From assembly GCA_963704885.1 (NCBI GenBank), contig CAVPIB010000004.1:192001-256000 (forward strand): a stretch of DNA of 64,000 nucleotides, read 5' to 3'. A program made the translations under genes and the position numbers. The notes beneath the pieces were generated by a model that ran no database searches, was not told the DNA's origin, and saw only the letters and a list, made by a program, of their open reading frames with translations. Below are positions 41,342 through 51,277 of this stretch, in pieces. Within the stretch, counting starts at the first letter, position 1, and every line of letters starts with the position of its first letter. This stretch comes from an uncultured Actinomycetes bacterium (GTDB lineage: Bacteria > Actinomycetota > UBA4738 > HRBIN12).

Positions 41342-42826
41342 ATGGCCATCCCCAAGGTCTTCGGCACGGAGACCGAATACGGGATCGCGGCAGCAGGCTC
41401 ACCGGGATTCAACCCCGTGCTGTCGTCCTCGATCCTCATCTCTACCTACGCCGGATCCCTCCGCAGGATCCGCTGGGACTATGAGCAGGAGTCGCCTCTA
41501 CGCGATGCACGCGGGTTCGAGCCGGTGCCGGCAAGGGAAGGCACCGACGAGGACCTGGGCCTGGCGAACGTGATCCTGCCCAACGGGGCGCGCTACTACG
41601 TGGATCACGCGCACCCCGAGTACTCGACCCCGGAGTGCCTCACGCCGCGCGCCCTGGTTATCCACGACAAGGCAGGGGAGCGCGTGCTGGAACGGTCGCT
41701 CGAGGAGGTGACTCGCGAGCTCCCCACGACCCCACGTCTGACCGTCTACAAGAACAACAGCGACGGCAAGGGCAACTCCTACGGGACACATGAGAACTAC
41801 CTGGTGGACCGCGCCACGCCGTTCGGCGACATCGTGCGTGACCTGACACCGTTCTTCGTCAGCCGACAGGTGTTCTGCGGCGCCGGCAAGGTGGGAACCG
41901 AGGCACCGTGGGACGATCGCGGGAGTGTCGACTACCAGTTGACCCAGCGGGCGGACTTCTTCGAGACCGAAGTTGGTCTGGAGACCACCCTCAAGCGGCC
42001 GATCATCAACACACGCGATGAGCCGCACGCGGACCCCGAGAAGTACCGGCGCCTCCACGTGATCGTCGGAGACGCGAACATGTGCGAGGTGGCGACGTTC
42101 CTGAAGATCGGGACGACGGCGATCGTGCTCAAGATGATCGAGGACCAGTTCCTCCCTGACCTCACGCTGCAGAACCCTGTGGCGGCATTGCACGAGGTCT
42201 CGGGGGACGTCACCTGCACCCAGACCATACGGCTGGCCGATGGGAGGCAGCTCTCGGCCGTCCAACTGCAGTGGGAGTACTTCGAGCACGCGAAGAAGTA
42301 CGTGGATCGAGAAGACGACACGCCTGAGAACCACGAGGTGCTCAAGCGGTGGGAGACGACACTGGCAGCTTTGGAGACGGAACCGCTCACACTTCACCGC
42401 GAGTTGGACTGGGTAGCGAAGTACCGGTTGCTGGCCGCCTATCGTGAGCGCGACGGCCTGGATTGGACGGACGCCAAGCTGCGAGCCATCGATCTCCAAT
42501 ACCACGACGTGCGTCGCGAGAAAGGGCTCTACTACCGCCTGGTCTCGAGCGGCAAGGTGGAACGTCTGACCACGGACGAAGAGATCGATGAGGCCGTGAT
42601 GGAGCCTCCCGAGGACACGCGGGCCTATTTCCGTGGCCGCTTCATCGCGAAGTTCCCGGACGCGATCGCCGCGGCGTCGTGGGACTCGATCATCGTGGAC
42701 ACAGGAGCTGATGCGCTGCAACGGATCCCGATGCGCGAGCCGTTGCGCGGCACGCGGGAGCACGTCGAGGATCTCCTCCGCGACGCGGAAGATGCGGCCA
42801 CGCTGGTAGCCCGCCTTCAGTCCTAG
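41342..42826 (+). CDS. dop: Depupylase/deamidase Dop
   Basis: [51 protein letters not shown]. Confidence 0.96.
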   Translation: MAIPKVFGTETEYGIAAAGSPGFNPVLSSSILISTYAGSLRRIRWDYEQESPLRDARGFEPVPAREGTDEDLGLANVILPNGARYYVDHAHPEYSTPECLTPRALVIHDKAGERVLERSLEEVTRELPTTPRLTVYKNNSDGKGNSYGTHENYLVDRATPFGDIVRDLTPFFVSRQVFCGAGKVGTEAPWDDRGSVDYQLTQRADFFETEVGLETTLKRPIINTRDEPHADPEKYRRLHVIVGDANMCEVATFLKIGTTAIVLKMIEDQFLPDLTLQNPVAALHEVSGDVTCTQTIRLADGRQLSAVQLQWEYFEHAKKYVDREDDTPENHEVLKRWETTLAALETEPLTLHRELDWVAKYRLLAAYRERDGLDWTDAKLRAIDLQYHDVRREKGLYYRLVSSGKVERLTTDEEIDEAVMEPPEDTRAYFRGRFIAKFPDAIAAASWDSIIVDTGADALQRIPMREPLRGTREHVEDLLRDAEDAATLVARLQS

Positions 42827-42883
42827 GTCGTTCAGGCCGAAGCACTCGGTAGGATAGGCGGGCCCGCACCGAGGAGACCGACC

Positions 42884-43090
42884 ATGCCGCAGGAACAAGA
42901 GCAGAAGAAGACACAGCGCAAGGGTGGCGGCGGAAGCAAGAGCGATTCCGACGCCGGCCAAGTCACGCAGTCCTCAAAGGCCGCCGAGCTCAAGGAGGAG
43001 ATGGACGACATCCTCGACGAGATCGACTCCGTACTGGAGGAGAACGCCGAGGAGTTCGTGAAGAGCTACGTCCAGAAGGGCGGCGAGTGA
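42884..43090 (+). CDS. pup: Prokaryotic ubiquitin-like protein Pup
   Basis: DDILDEIDSVLEENAEEFVKSYVQKGGE. Confidence 0.98.
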   Translation: MPQEQEQKKTQRKGGGGSKSDSDAGQVTQSSKAAELKEEMDDILDEIDSVLEENAEEFVKSYVQKGGE

Positions 43091-43890
43091 GCGAGCAGCT
43101 GGGCCCGCCCGTTTCGGGCGCGTCGTTCGGCGCGAACCCGAGCTTCGTGGACCTTCTACGGCAGGCTCGGCCCGACGCGGTGTCGTCCCCGCTGACACAC
43201 GCGGCTTCCGCGAGCGGTTTACCCATCCCGCACGGCACCACGGTTCTCGGGCTCAAGTACGCGGACGGCGTGATCATGGCCGGCGACCGTCGCGCAACGG
43301 CCGGCTACACCGTTGCCGATCCCAAGATGCGCAAGGTGTTCGCGGCCGACGACTACTCTGCCATCGCGATCGCCGGCGCGGCCGGTCAGGCGATCGAGCT
43401 CGTGAAGCTGTTCCAGCTGGAGCTGGAGCACTACGAGAAGATCACAGGTGACCGGCTGTCGTTAGAGGGCAAAGCCAACCGACTGGCACAGATGATCCGC
43501 TCGAACTTCCCGCTCGCCATGCAGGGACTGGTCGTCGTCCCGCTGTTCGGCGGATTCGATGAGGGTCGCGGTGAGGGCCGCATCTTCTACTACGACGCCA
43601 CAGGGGGTCGTTGGGAGGAAGACGACTACCAGACGACCGGTTCCGGCGGACAGCCGGCCAAGAACTCCCTCAAGAAGCGGTGGCATGCGGGGTTGTCGCG
43701 TGAGGAGGCTCTTCGCGTGGCCGTCGAGGCTTTGCTGGACGCGGCCGAGGACGACGTGGCCACGGGTGGCCCGGACGTGACGCGGCGGATATTCCCGAAC
43801 GCGGTCGCCGTGACGTTGTCCGGAGCCGATGATGTGCCCGAGGAGCAGGTGGCGGCCGCGGTGGCCGCGGTCCTGGAGGAGCGGTCCTAG
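43087..43890 (+). CDS. prcB: Proteasome beta subunit
   Basis: Propeptide ending HG/TTVL (catalytic Thr1), AGDRRAT, ELEHYEKI.G..LSLEGKANRL, GSG. Confidence 0.96.
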   Translation: MSEQLGPPVSGASFGANPSFVDLLRQARPDAVSSPLTHAASASGLPIPHGTTVLGLKYADGVIMAGDRRATAGYTVADPKMRKVFAADDYSAIAIAGAAGQAIELVKLFQLELEHYEKITGDRLSLEGKANRLAQMIRSNFPLAMQGLVVVPLFGGFDEGRGEGRIFYYDATGGRWEEDDYQTTGSGGQPAKNSLKKRWHAGLSREEALRVAVEALLDAAEDDVATGGPDVTRRIFPNAVAVTLSGADDVPEEQVAAAVAAVLEERS

Positions 43891-44577
43891 ATGTCGTTCA
43901 TGCCCTATGTCTCGCCGGATCAGATGATGAAGGATCGGTCCGAATACGCGCACAAGGGGATAGCGCGCGGCCGCTCGGTGATCGGCATGGAATACGCGGA
44001 CGGATTGCTGTTCATCGCCGAGAACCCCAGCGCCACGCTGCATAAGATCAGCGAGATCTACGACCGGATCGCGTTCGCCGGAGTGGGCAAGTACAGCGAG
44101 TTCGAGGATCTTCGGATCGCCGGTATCCGACTGGCCGATCTTCGAGGCTACTCGTATGGGCGCGAGGACGTGAAGGCGCGTGACCTGGCGAACGCGTACT
44201 CGCAATCGCTCTCCACCATCTTCACGCAACAGATGAAGCCCTACGAGGTCGAGATCCTGGTCGCGGAGGTTGACGGCGAGGCGAGCGGCACTGCCCTGTA
44301 TCACGTGCTCTTCGATGGGAGCGTGACCGACGAGCACGGGTTCATCGCGATCGGCGGCCACGCGGAGGATCTGACCGAGACCCTGAGGCAGGAGTACCAG
44401 GAGGGATGGGACCTCCCCACGGCGGTCCGCTCGGCAGTGAACGCGTTGGGGTCACCGGAGTCGCGGGAGATCGAGGCGGACAATATCGAAGCAGGCGTGC
44501 TCGATCGCGGACGTCCGCAGCGCCGCAAGTTCCACCGCCTCGAGGACGGAGAGATCTCCCAGATCCTCGGCAGCTGA
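43891..44577 (+). CDS. prcA: Proteasome alpha subunit
   Basis: [39 protein letters not shown]. Confidence 0.96.
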   Translation: MSFMPYVSPDQMMKDRSEYAHKGIARGRSVIGMEYADGLLFIAENPSATLHKISEIYDRIAFAGVGKYSEFEDLRIAGIRLADLRGYSYGREDVKARDLANAYSQSLSTIFTQQMKPYEVEILVAEVDGEASGTALYHVLFDGSVTDEHGFIAIGGHAEDLTETLRQEYQEGWDLPTAVRSAVNALGSPESREIEADNIEAGVLDRGRPQRRKFHRLEDGEISQILGS

Positions 44578-44621
44578 CCCGCGTCCCAACCCTCCATGGG
44601 TCTAGGCCTAGACTCGTCGTC

Positions 44622-45980
44622 ATGGATCGGCGGATCTTCGGCCTGGAGAACGAGTACGGCGTTACCTGCACGTTCCGTGGGCAGCGGCGGCTTTCGCCGG
44701 ATGAGGTCGCTCGCTACCTCTTCCGTCGAGTGGTGCATTGGGGCCGCTCTTCGAACGTCTTCTTGGAGAACGGCGCTCGGCTGTACCTAGACGTCGGATC
44801 CCACCCCGAGTACGCGACACCCGAATGCGACGACGTGCGCGAGCTGGTCGCTCACGACAAGGCGGGGGAGCGGATCCTGGAGGGACTGCTCGGCGCCGCA
44901 GAGATCCGCCTGCACGAAGAGGGCATCAGCGGACAGGTCTACCTCTTCAAGAACAATACCGACTCGGCCGGCAACTCTTACGGTTGTCACGAGAACTATC
45001 TCGTCGCGCGCCACGGCGAGTTCGCGCGCATGGCCGACGTCCTGATCCCGTTCTTCGTGACTCGACAGATCTACTGCGGCGCCGGGAAGGTGTTGCACGG
45101 ACCTCGCGGCGCGCAGTTCTGCATCTCGCAACGGGCCGAGCACATCTGGGAGGGCGTCTCGAGCGCCACCACGCGTTCGCGCCCGATCATCAACACGCGC
45201 GACGAGCCGCACGCCGATGCCGAACGCTTCCGTCGTCTGCATGTGATCGTGGGTGACTCAAACATGAATGAGTGGACAACCTTCATGAAGGTCGGCATCA
45301 CCGACCTGGTCCTTCGCATGGTCGAGGCGAACACCGTCATGCGCGACCTCACGCTCGAGAACCCGATCCGTGCGATCCGCGAGATCAGCCACGACACGAG
45401 CTGCACCCGCAACGTGAAGCTCGCGAACGGCAGGGAGCTCACGGCGATCGAGCTGCAGACCGAGTACTACGAGAAGACGGCGAGGTTCTTGGAGCGCCGT
45501 GGCACCGACGAAGTCTCCAAGACGCTTCTCGAAGAGTGGCGGCAGGCCTTGGAGGCGCTCTCCGAAGGCGACCCGGAACGTCTGGGGCGCAAGGTGGACT
45601 GGGTGACCAAGCGTCTGTTGATCGAGCGGTACCAGGCCAAGCACGACCTGCCGCTCGCCTCGCCTAGGATCGCGTTGCTCGATCTCGCCTATCACGACGT
45701 GAACCGAGAGCGGGGTCTCTACTACCTGCTCGAGAAGGGCGGCAGGGTGGAGCGAGTCTGCAGCGATCGCGAGATCAACCGCGCGATGCGTGAACCGCCG
45801 CAGACCACACGTGCGAAGCTCCGCGGCGACTTCATTCGCCAAGCGAAGGCCAAGCGCCGCGACTACACGGTTGACTGGGTGCACCTCAAGCTGAACGATC
45901 AGGCCCAGAGGACCGTGCTCTGCAAGGATCCCTTCCGTAGCGTCGACGAGCGCGTCGAACAGCTCATCGCTCACATGTGA
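44622..45980 (+). CDS. pafA: Pup-protein ligase
   Basis: [57 protein letters not shown]. Confidence 0.97.
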   Translation: MDRRIFGLENEYGVTCTFRGQRRLSPDEVARYLFRRVVHWGRSSNVFLENGARLYLDVGSHPEYATPECDDVRELVAHDKAGERILEGLLGAAEIRLHEEGISGQVYLFKNNTDSAGNSYGCHENYLVARHGEFARMADVLIPFFVTRQIYCGAGKVLHGPRGAQFCISQRAEHIWEGVSSATTRSRPIINTRDEPHADAERFRRLHVIVGDSNMNEWTTFMKVGITDLVLRMVEANTVMRDLTLENPIRAIREISHDTSCTRNVKLANGRELTAIELQTEYYEKTARFLERRGTDEVSKTLLEEWRQALEALSEGDPERLGRKVDWVTKRLLIERYQAKHDLPLASPRIALLDLAYHDVNRERGLYYLLEKGGRVERVCSDREINRAMREPPQTTRAKLRGDFIRQAKAKRRDYTVDWVHLKLNDQAQRTVLCKDPFRSVDERVEQLIAHM

Positions 45981-46312
45981 TGGCCCGGGACCAGACGCCG
46001 CAGAGACCGGACCCGGTCGAGTCCGTGGATCGCTCCTTCGGTGTACTCGGCTGGGTGACGGTGGGCACGAACTTGATCCTCGGGCTGTTCACGCTCTCAG
46101 GATGGGTCGCCAGGCCTGTTTCGTGTCCTGGGGGATGCTCGTGGCGACCCGCCGGCGGGATGCTCTGGGTGTTCCTGGCGCTGCTCGACGTCGCCCTCGT
46201 CCTGCTCTGGGCGGGTGTGGGGTACCTTCATCTTCAGACGGTAGGTGAGCGCATCGGGCGACGGTTCGCCGACAAGCTCGACGCCGGTCGGGACGACGCC
46301 AAGGGATCCTAG
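45977..46312 (+). CDS. Small two-TM hypothetical protein
   Basis: Two hydrophobic helices joined by CPGGC; overlaps the pafA stop. Confidence 0.55.
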   Translation: MMARDQTPQRPDPVESVDRSFGVLGWVTVGTNLILGLFTLSGWVARPVSCPGGCSWRPAGGMLWVFLALLDVALVLLWAGVGYLHLQTVGERIGRRFADKLDAGRDDAKGS

Positions 46313-47406
46313 GTCTCGACCCCTTCGCGCCATCGACGGCCGCCCGTGGCCATACGACCGGCCAGCACGCCAGCCGCCCCGGCCGCCAGGAAGAACGCGG
46401 GGTCGTCCTCCTGGGTCCGACCCATGGAGCGCGCCACGACCGCGCGCGCGCGGAGCTCGTCGAGCGCCGGGCGGCCGTCCACCTCCACGAGTTGGTGCCT
46501 TTCTTCGAGCTTCGCCGCACGAAGTGCGCCCCACACGGCCTGGCGCTGCCCGTCATCCACCAGTGAAGGAACCGGTACGAACGCCTCGACCTTGCAGACG
46601 TCTCGCAGGATCGTGAGCGAATGATGCGACAGACCTCTATGGCGTTCGCGTGTGTCAGCGAAGCTCACGCGGAGCGCGGGGATGGGACGGCCTCCGAGCG
46701 TGGCGGCTGCGTTCAAGGAGTTGCCGCTCCCCAGCGCGCTCACGCCCCAGGTGGTGTCGGTGCCCAGGTTGCCGGGCCCATCAGCCACCACGATCACGTC
46801 GGCGCCCATCACCTCCCTGGCGGCCAGCATGCCCGTCCACACCGTGACGGCCTCGAGCTCGCCGCCGAAGGACTGACCGCACGTGATCCAGCCGTCCAAC
46901 AGCCCGGTCTCCCGCAGTTCGAACACCAACCTGGAGAAGGCACCCGGCAGCGCGGCTCCATCGGTCATGACGAAGGCGATAGAGGAGGCCCCCGCCCGTT
47001 TCGCTCCCGCCGCCACAGGCGCCACCATCGAGTGCAGCGGGGCACAGACCACGGGGGTCAGCTCCAGACCACGAGATCCCTCCAACACGTCGCGATGGGT
47101 CTCCTCGACGCTCGTCACGGCGGTCTGCACGGGCGTGTATCGAGCCTTCATGACGCGACCGGGCGGCTGGAGGTCCGCCGGTGCGGCACCTTCCACCGCG
47201 ATCACGAAGTGCACCCCGCCTGTTCCCAATGCGAGGGCAGCCGCGGTCGTGTTCAGGATGACTGTGTCTCCGACGGTTACGGGACCCACGAGCTCCGGAT
47301 AGGCGATCGCGACCGCTTGCCCACCGTCCACGTCCACCTCGATCTCATGCGAACCGGGACGCGCTGCCCCGAGCGCGGTCACCATGCCGCGCCTCAGGCG
47401 TATCAC
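46309..47406 (-). CDS. DUF3866 family protein
   Basis: LNTTA..L.LGTGG.H, MKARYTP.Q, LHSM, MTDGAALP, ITCGQSFGG.LEA, GPGNLGT, RHRGLSHH; recognised from memory of the family. Confidence 0.8.
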   Translation of the reverse strand: MIRLRRGMVTALGAARPGSHEIEVDVDGGQAVAIAYPELVGPVTVGDTVILNTTAAALALGTGGVHFVIAVEGAAPADLQPPGRVMKARYTPVQTAVTSVEETHRDVLEGSRGLELTPVVCAPLHSMVAPVAAGAKRAGASSIAFVMTDGAALPGAFSRLVFELRETGLLDGWITCGQSFGGELEAVTVWTGMLAAREVMGADVIVVADGPGNLGTDTTWGVSALGSGNSLNAAATLGGRPIPALRVSFADTRERHRGLSHHSLTILRDVCKVEAFVPVPSLVDDGQRQAVWGALRAAKLEERHQLVEVDGRPALDELRARAVVARSMGRTQEDDPAFFLAAGAAGVLAGRMATGGRRWREGVET

Positions 47407-47451
47407 GAGGTTCCTCTGTCGGCCGACATGGCCCCGCTATGATGCCGCACG

Positions 47452-48414
47452 ATGGCGGGGGAGGACCGGATGGAACCGCTCGAACGGCTGTTGAACCTGG
47501 TCGGGCTCCTCCTAGAGACCCGCACCCCGCTCACGTTCGAGCAGATCCGGGCCACGCTGGAGCCCTACGCACAAAGCAACGTTGACACGGCCAAGCGCAT
47601 GTTCGAACGCGACAAGGACATCCTTCGCGACTACGGCGTGCCTCTGGAGCTCGTTGACACGGATGCCTGGGGGACGGAGCAGGGATACCTGATCCCCAAG
47701 GACCGTTACTACCTACCCGACATCGCCTTCACCCCCGAGGAGCTGGGGGCTCTCCTGGTTGCCGCACAAGGCGTTCGCGGCGACACCCCAGCGGAGCAGG
47801 CGGTTCGGAAGCTGATGTCGGGCGCAGGGAGCGGGGTGCTGGCCGGCCTCGCCGGGGGACCGCTGGTGTCGGGCTCGGACGTCGGGGGGGAGCTCGTCAT
47901 GGCGGCGGCGGGCGCCGCGCAGGCCCATCGGCGCGTTCGGTTCGGATATCGGACGTCGAAAGGGGCGGCATCCGAGCGAGACGTGGATGCCTACGCCGTG
48001 GTGTTCCGGGCCGGCCATTGGTACCTGGCGGGGTTCGATCACGAAAGGGATGAGGTGCGGTCCTTCCGGCTGTCGCGGTTCACCACGGAGCTGGATGAGA
48101 CAGGAGAAGGTGCGGAGCCGCCAGAGGGGTTCCGCGCAGCCGATCTGATCATGGGCGGTCCTTGGGTGTCGACGGGGGAGGAGCAGGCCGTGGTAGCGCT
48201 CTCGCCTGAGGTGGCCTGGTGGGCCGCCAGTACGTTGACGGGGGCGGAGATCACCGGCACGCGCGAGGACGGCTGGGTCGAGTTGAGGGTGCCCGTCGCC
48301 GACGAAAGCGCACTGGCGCCCGTGATCCTCCAGCTGGGGCCCGACGTCGTGGTCCTAGAGCCGGCAACGCTTCGCGACGAGGTCGTATCGCGGCTGGAGG
48401 CGCTCGTTGACTGA
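47452..48414 (+). CDS. pafB: WYL-domain transcriptional regulator PafB
   Basis: ERLLNL, RMFERDK..LR..GVP, GHWYLAG.D..R...RSFRLSR, WCX C-terminus. Confidence 0.9.
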   Translation: MAGEDRMEPLERLLNLVGLLLETRTPLTFEQIRATLEPYAQSNVDTAKRMFERDKDILRDYGVPLELVDTDAWGTEQGYLIPKDRYYLPDIAFTPEELGALLVAAQGVRGDTPAEQAVRKLMSGAGSGVLAGLAGGPLVSGSDVGGELVMAAAGAAQAHRRVRFGYRTSKGAASERDVDAYAVVFRAGHWYLAGFDHERDEVRSFRLSRFTTELDETGEGAEPPEGFRAADLIMGGPWVSTGEEQAVVALSPEVAWWAASTLTGAEITGTREDGWVELRVPVADESALAPVILQLGPDVVVLEPATLRDEVVSRLEALVD

Positions 48415-49381
48415 ACCCCGTGGCAAGCCGGCCGCAAGGACCTCCGAGCGTCTAGGGCGGATGCTCGTGATAGTGCCGTACCTGGTGCAACATCCGGGGA
48501 GTTCCCTGCCCGCTGTCGCCGAGGTCTTCGGCGTCCCGGAGGATCAGCTCCGGCGCGACCTGGACCTGCTCTTCATGTCGGGTCTGCCGCCCTATGGTCC
48601 TGGGGACCTGATCGAGGTCGAGGTAGACGAGGACGGCCGGATCTACATCTCTATGGCCGAGCAGTTCGCCCGCCCGCTGAGACTCACGCGGAACGAGGCG
48701 CTCGCTCTCTACCTCCGGGGGACCGAGCTCCTCGGGACCGCGGGCCTGCACGAGACCACCGCTCTCGCCTCGGCGCTGGACAAGCTTCGTTCGTCGCTCG
48801 GCCCCGAGACGCTCGGGGATGCCAGAAGGATCGAGATGGCCGCACCCGGTCCTCCGATCGAGCACCTCGAGCTCCTGCGGCAGGCCGCTCGCGAACACCG
48901 GCGTCTGCTGATCGAGTACTTCGCGCATTCATCGGGTGGATGGAGCCGCCGCGAGATCGACCCGGAAGAGGTCTTCTCGAGCATCGGCAACTGGTACGTG
49001 GCGGCGTGGGACGTGGCGGCGGACGCCGAACGGTTGTTCCGCGCGGATCGGATCCGCGACGCAGAGGCGACCGGCGAGCTCTTCGAGCCGAGAGGCCTGG
49101 AGGGCGCGGGGCGGTCCCTATACACCCCGACCGAGGAGGACGTCGCCGTTCGCCTCCGGCTGACGCCCGGGGCTCGGTGGATCGGCGAGTACTACGCCAC
49201 GTTGGAAGCGGTTGAATGCGATGACGGCTCCCTGGATGTCATCTTGCCCGCCAGGAGCCTGGGATGGGTGGCCCGACTCCTGCTCCGGGTGGGTCCCGAG
49301 GTCACCGTGCTGGACCCGCCCGAGCTGGAGGCGGAGGTCCGCGAACTGGCCAGGAGAACCCTCGACCGATACGGGGAGTAA
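48407..49381 (+). CDS. pafC: WYL-domain transcriptional regulator PafC
   Basis: R.L..VPYL, DL.LL.M.GLPPYGPGDLI, RPLRLT..EA, WYV.AW, R.FR.DRI. Confidence 0.92.
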   Translation: MTEPRGKPAARTSERLGRMLVIVPYLVQHPGSSLPAVAEVFGVPEDQLRRDLDLLFMSGLPPYGPGDLIEVEVDEDGRIYISMAEQFARPLRLTRNEALALYLRGTELLGTAGLHETTALASALDKLRSSLGPETLGDARRIEMAAPGPPIEHLELLRQAAREHRRLLIEYFAHSSGGWSRREIDPEEVFSSIGNWYVAAWDVAADAERLFRADRIRDAEATGELFEPRGLEGAGRSLYTPTEEDVAVRLRLTPGARWIGEYYATLEAVECDDGSLDVILPARSLGWVARLLLRVGPEVTVLDPPELEAEVRELARRTLDRYGE

Positions 49382-49419
49382 CCAGCCCTTTGGGGGTAGC
49401 CCCGTTCGGGGGACACAGG

Positions 49420-49448
49420 CTCAAGCCGTTGGACCTCTCCGCCGATGT
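49420..49448 (+). promoter_or_regulatory. Possible sigma28 (FliA/WhiG)-type promoter CTCAAG-N15-GCCGATGT
   Basis: Resembles the FliA-family consensus (TAAA/CTCA ... GCCGAT); lies just upstream of the zinc-ribbon gene. Confidence 0.4.
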
Positions 49449-49458
49449 TCGGGGGGAG

Positions 49459-49821
49459 ATGACAACCATCCGGACAACCTGCCCCCGCTGCGGCGAGGTC
49501 GACATGGGACCCGAGGCGATCCTCCTGTCCGTCAAGGACGACGGACGCGAGGGGAGCTACAGGTTCACCTGCCCGAGCTGCGCCGACGACGTCGAGAAGC
49601 GAGCGGACCGCAAGATCGTGGCCCTGTTGGTCTCGGCCGGCGTCGATATGGCCCGATCGGAAGGTGATCTACAGTCGGCTATGTTGTTCGACGATGTGGA
49701 CGGAGGCCGTTCCATGCCTGTAGGACCTGCCTTCTCGATCGACGATGTCATCGAGTTCCACTTCCTGCTGCAGGACGACCGTTACATCCAGGACTTCTTC
49801 GCCAGCAGCGACGGCGTCTGA
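49459..49821 (+). CDS. Zinc-ribbon hypothetical protein
   Basis: CPRCG...YRFTCPSC (two CxxC); acidic C-terminal helix DDVIEFHFLL. Confidence 0.75.
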   Translation: MTTIRTTCPRCGEVDMGPEAILLSVKDDGREGSYRFTCPSCADDVEKRADRKIVALLVSAGVDMARSEGDLQSAMLFDDVDGGRSMPVGPAFSIDDVIEFHFLLQDDRYIQDFFASSDGV

Positions 49822-49864
49822 GCCCGTCCACGTCCTCGACTCACCTCTGCGGTAGCATCGCCTC

Positions 49865-50104
49865 GTGGGCTCCTGGATCGTCGTCTGGTTCGTGATCGGG
49901 ATCGTTTCGACCGTCGCGATCCTGGCCTGCCTGATAGGACTGGTCCGCCATCTGCTGATCCTGGGGCGATCGGTGAAACAGCTCCAGGAGGAACTCCAGC
50001 CGATAGCCGACGATGTGGCGCGCGAAGGGCAGAAGGCCGGCGAACACACGTCAGCCATCGGGGCCCGGCGGAGCGGGGGCTCGTCCACCAGGGGCTCGGG
50101 GTAG
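49865..50104 (+). CDS. Small single-TM / coiled-coil protein
   Basis: N-terminal TM then amphipathic helix; TAGCAT -10 six nt upstream. Confidence 0.65.
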   Translation: MGSWIVVWFVIGIVSTVAILACLIGLVRHLLILGRSVKQLQEELQPIADDVAREGQKAGEHTSAIGARRSGGSSTRGSG

Positions 50105-50135
50105 AATCGGGCACGGGCGTAGCCCCCTGCTGTAG

Positions 50136-50474
50136 ATGCTGAACATCGGCCCTCAGGAGCTCATCCTCGTTCTGATCATCGCCCTGGTAGTGGTGGGCCC
50201 CAAGCGCCTGCCAGAGCTCGGCCGCACCATAGGCAGAGGCATGAGGGAGTTCCGCAAGATGCAGGACGATGTACGCGACACGCTCAAGATCGATCTCGAC
50301 CCCGAGCTCGATCCGCCCAGCAGGCCGGTAGCCAAACCGCACAAGGTTCGCAGCACCGAGCCCGACGATGTGGGCGAGGTCGACGAAGTCACAGATCTGA
50401 CGGATCCTTCGGCCGCTGAGCCTCCATCCGCGGGCGAGGGGCCGGCCGACGTCGAGCCGGAAGCCGCGGAGTAG
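50136..50474 (+). CDS. Twin-arginine translocase TatA/TatB family subunit
   Basis: NIGPQEL.LVL.IALVVVGPKRLPE.GR.IG..MREFRK; GP hinge is TatB-like. Confidence 0.9.
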   Translation: MLNIGPQELILVLIIALVVVGPKRLPELGRTIGRGMREFRKMQDDVRDTLKIDLDPELDPPSRPVAKPHKVRSTEPDDVGEVDEVTDLTDPSAAEPPSAGEGPADVEPEAAE

Positions 50475-50491
50475 CGGCAGCCCTAACACCC

Positions 50492-51271
50492 ATGCGCGTC
50501 TTCCACAAGATCCGGCGTCGATCGCCCGACGAGAGAACGGGCAACATGACGCTGTTCGAGCATCTCGACGAGCTGCGTCAGCGCCTCATCGTCTCCATGG
50601 TGGCCGTAGCGGTCGGTGCCGTCGTGGGGTGGTTCCTCTACAACCCGGTCGTCGACCTGCTCCTGAAGCCCTACTGCGATTACTGGAACACGCTCGACCC
50701 GGCGCTCCGCACCACCGACTCGTGCGTCCTGTTCTACATGGGGCCGCTCGATGCGATGGTGGTGAAGCTCAAGGTCGTCGTGTTCATCGGGATCTTGGTG
50801 GCACTGCCCGTGCTCCTGTGGCAGTTCTGGGGGTTCGTGGTCCCGGGGCTCACCTCTCGGGAACGCCGCATGACGGTGCCGTTCGTGGCGTCTTCGGTCG
50901 TGCTCTTCGCGATGGGCGCAGCGTTCGCCTACATAACCCTTCCGAAGGGACTGAACTTCCTGCTGGGGTTCGCCGGATCGGACTTCGTCCCCATCCTCAC
51001 CGGGGACAGGTTCATCACGTTCGTGGTTCTGGTCGCGTTCGCCTTCGGGCTCTCGTTCGAGTTCCCGATCGTGTTGATCTTCCTGGAGCTGGTGGGGGTC
51101 GTGTCCAGCGAGAGGCTCAGGAAGTGGCGCAGGTTCTCGATCCTGGGGATCGCCATCTTCGCGGCGATCATCACACCCTCGTCGGATCCGTACACGATGC
51201 TGGCTCTGGCCCTGCCGATGTACCTCTTCTACGAGGCCGCTATCATCGTCGGTCGCTTGATGAAGAGATAG
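50492..51271 (+). CDS. tatC: Twin-arginine translocase subunit TatC
   Basis: MTLFEHLDELRQRL, W.FV.PGL...E, FEFP, AAIITP..DP.TM..LA.PM..FYE. Confidence 0.96.
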   Translation: MRVFHKIRRRSPDERTGNMTLFEHLDELRQRLIVSMVAVAVGAVVGWFLYNPVVDLLLKPYCDYWNTLDPALRTTDSCVLFYMGPLDAMVVKLKVVVFIGILVALPVLLWQFWGFVVPGLTSRERRMTVPFVASSVVLFAMGAAFAYITLPKGLNFLLGFAGSDFVPILTGDRFITFVVLVAFAFGLSFEFPIVLIFLELVGVVSSERLRKWRRFSILGIAIFAAIITPSSDPYTMLALALPMYLFYEAAIIVGRLMKR

Positions 51272-51277
51272 GAAACG

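Noticed and set aside
44601-44612. Palindrome TCTAGGCCTAGA before pafA
   Set aside because: Single copy overlapping the -10 element; differs from the CTAGTC-N7-GACTAG family, so there is not enough evidence for an operator.
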